Source: an uncultured Nitrososphaeraceae archaeon
Lineage (GTDB): Archaea; Thermoproteota; Nitrososphaeria; Nitrososphaerales; Nitrososphaeraceae
Length of the DNA stretch: 64,000 nucleotides
Assembly: GCA_963765895.1 (NCBI GenBank)
Contig: CAVXZB010000047.1
Span: 55,247 to 119,246 of the forward strand
Direction: 5' to 3'
The notes under the pieces: generated by a model
What the model was told of the DNA's origin: nothing
Seen by the model: only the letters and a program-made list of their open reading frames with translations
The model's database searches: none
In this document: positions 61,623-64,000 of the stretch, in pieces
Layout of the letters: each line of letters opens with the position of its first letter
Position numbering within the stretch: position 1 is the first letter of the stretch
Program-made: the position numbers and the translations under genes

Positions 61623-62701
61623 AATAAGGTGTTCATAGCTCAATTATAAAAAAAGGATTAGACCGGAGAAAAAATGTACAAATTAATCATATAGAAAAAA
61701 AGGAGGAGGACAATACTGTTAAATGAGTTGCGGGAATAAAATCTATTTCTATAACTGTTACAGTCAATTGTTCTTAAGACATAGAATTATGATTTACGTC
61801 AGGTGCGGTACGATAAGACTCATGTCATAACAATCGGCCTGTACAAAATATCACTTGTCAAATGTAAGTGGTCTAAACCATTTCCCTAATTACATTGGCA
61901 AATTCGTATTTGCTTGATTCTCCCTAATATTAACACCATGTCCACCAATCTTCCTAATTTGTATTACTTGGCCTTCTCATTTCAACTTGTCATTATACAA
62001 AAACATCAAGGTACTTTAATTTTAGGAAAACAATCTCTACTTCGCCTACTTATTTGATAGACGACTGTGAAGTCATAGGACGAATCTAAACGCGGTAAAA
62101 CTCTCAATAGCTGTTGATTGATTCATGTTCATGATGATAAATGTACATGGGTTTCTCGACACTCATGTACGTCTGTCCATTAGGTCTAGGCTAATCCAAT
62201 AGCAGTTCTGTAATACTGCTGGAGATTAAAAGATAAATCAATACATTAAACTAAATCTTATATTGGAACTAACGCTATCGCTAATACTGTGCATGAATCG
62301 AACTTGTCGATACTGAATTAAGTATCCTTCAAATCATAACAAGACTAGATCCTATATAGATAGACTGCATAATACTAATGTCTTAAAACGTGATATCTCA
62401 TTACTAAAGATGATTGGAATGGACAAGATTATATAATACTATTCCTATCATCCTGGTCTAGATTCTAGCAGATCAGAAATCGTCGGATGATAAATTCCAG
62501 GTTAGATATGCTGGAAATAATGCTATAGTAAGGATTTCAAACCAATTTGCAATTTTCATAACCGTTTCAACTTTTGGATATATGAATAGTCTAGCCCTAG
62601 CCATAGACTGGCCCACCCGTCCAGACGTTTAATTCAACCAACAACTATGAACTGGCGGACTGTCAAAGCTACTTTTGCCTATTAATTAATTAATTAATTA
62701 A

Positions 62702-63724
62702 TTAGCCCCCGGCAACCACGAAGAGATCTTCCTGATATTTTGGTAATGCATCCAGGATTTTCGGCTCTAAATCAAAAATAGATCCCAGGACATCATTTGA
62801 ATATGCACCAAAGGCTCCTGAAATGCCGATATCTTCTGGTCGTTCATGGTTAAAGAAGACTGCAAATTGCATATCTTCATTGGAACTCACATTTTCTATG
62901 TAGTGAAAATATGCAGATGGAATGAAAACAATCTCTCCAGGACCAACTTCAAACGTATCCACGTGGTCGCCTGGACTAAAGATCGTCATCCGTCCTCTAC
63001 CAGCTATAACATAATCCAATTCGGCTGCGTTAGGATGCCAATGGGGCTCCCGTATGCCTTTAGGCTTCAAAGTCAGAAGATAGCAAGCAAGACCGCTGAG
63101 AATTCCAAAATTACTAGCATTACCTAGAGAAACAGTACCTCCACTACTTTGTACTGTAGGTGGAAAAGCCTTAAGGTTAAATTTGTGGTAATTAGGGATT
63201 TTCTGGTAGATGGATGTGGCATTATTAGATGTGGATCTGGAAGTTATGAGTAAATCCTGGCTAGATTTTTTAAATTTGCTAAAATAATCAGATTCTAGTC
63301 CAAATGTTGCTCCAAGTGTATTATCAGTCATTGAACCAGTTGAACCAGATATTCCAATATCTTCAGGCTTTTCATGGTTAAAGGCAATTACGAATTTAGT
63401 TTCTCCGTGATTGATATTCTCGATGTGATGAAGATATCCTTTAGGAACAAATACAATCTCACCTGCATCGACAGTAAAAGTATCATGTCCAGCTCCTGGG
63501 CCGAAGATGGTCATTAGAGCGCTACCGGATGAACAGTAGCTAAGTTCAGCGGCATTTGGATGCCAGTGTGGTTCCCTCACACCCCCACTGTCGAGTCGCA
63601 GCGAATACAATGCCATACCTTTCAGTATAGAAAAATTATTCTCGTTGGCCATAGCTCGAGATCCCCCATTTCGAACCGCTTGGGGCTTTATAGCTTCAAG
63701 ATTGAAAGTATGAATCGAACTCAT
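62702..63724 (-). CDS. Bicupin, oxalate decarboxylase family
   Basis: Two REPHWHPNAAEL metal-binding motifs and two GEIVF(V/I)P...H.IEN motifs. Confidence 0.9.
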   Translation of the reverse strand: MSSIHTFNLEAIKPQAVRNGGSRAMANENNFSILKGMALYSLRLDSGGVREPHWHPNAAELSYCSSGSALMTIFGPGAGHDTFTVDAGEIVFVPKGYLHHIENINHGETKFVIAFNHEKPEDIGISGSTGSMTDNTLGATFGLESDYFSKFKKSSQDLLITSRSTSNNATSIYQKIPNYHKFNLKAFPPTVQSSGGTVSLGNASNFGILSGLACYLLTLKPKGIREPHWHPNAAELDYVIAGRGRMTIFSPGDHVDTFEVGPGEIVFIPSAYFHYIENVSSNEDMQFAVFFNHERPEDIGISGAFGAYSNDVLGSIFDLEPKILDALPKYQEDLFVVAGG

Positions 63725-64000
63725 TTACTTTTCTTTTATTACCAATACTGGCATATTTCAAGTTTCTTAGATGTAAGAGATGTCATTACATATTATTTAT
63801 TGGCTGTACTATATTCTGGGCGATACACAATAATTATTAATTGCGTCATCAAAACCCATGGAAACAGGTATCATGAGTTACTAACCTCATTTTTAATGCT
63901 TGCTAGATATGAGAAAAGGGTATAATTAACTAAGTGTTGGTTAATAACTATGGCATAATAATGGGCCATACTTTAATTATAGAATAATGCAATCATAAAC

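Overview
AT-rich (about one third G+C), low-coding-density archaeal DNA. The gene content (CHRD protein, two-domain multicopper oxidase fused to a cupredoxin, dCache histidine kinase, LLM oxidoreductase, small C2H2 zinc fingers, lineage-typical hypotheticals) points to a soil ammonia-oxidising archaeon of the Nitrososphaeraceae; this is inferred from protein recognition, not from a marker gene. It is an accessory region with no rRNA, tRNA or CRISPR array seen. It holds one intact IS5-family element (16-bp inverted repeats, 8-bp target duplication) inserted into a divergent nucleotide-cyclase-fold gene. It also holds IS5 and IS6 remnants, a terminase-like ATPase remnant, three dispersed copies of an integrase-like coiled-coil tail, and an inverted decayed duplicate of the CHRD/secreted-protein gene pair. 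Many genes are broken by single-base indels and there is a 513-nt stretch without G or C, so some 'pseudogenes' may be long-read errors. The best leads are an orphan 8+1-TM membrane domain fused to a Venus-flytrap ligand-binding domain, the 2dMCO-cupredoxin fusion, the repeated integrase-tail scars, the IS-disrupted cyclase-like gene and a GC-richer, hairpin-dense non-coding stretch near 47 kb. No complete novel system can be proven from the sequence alone.
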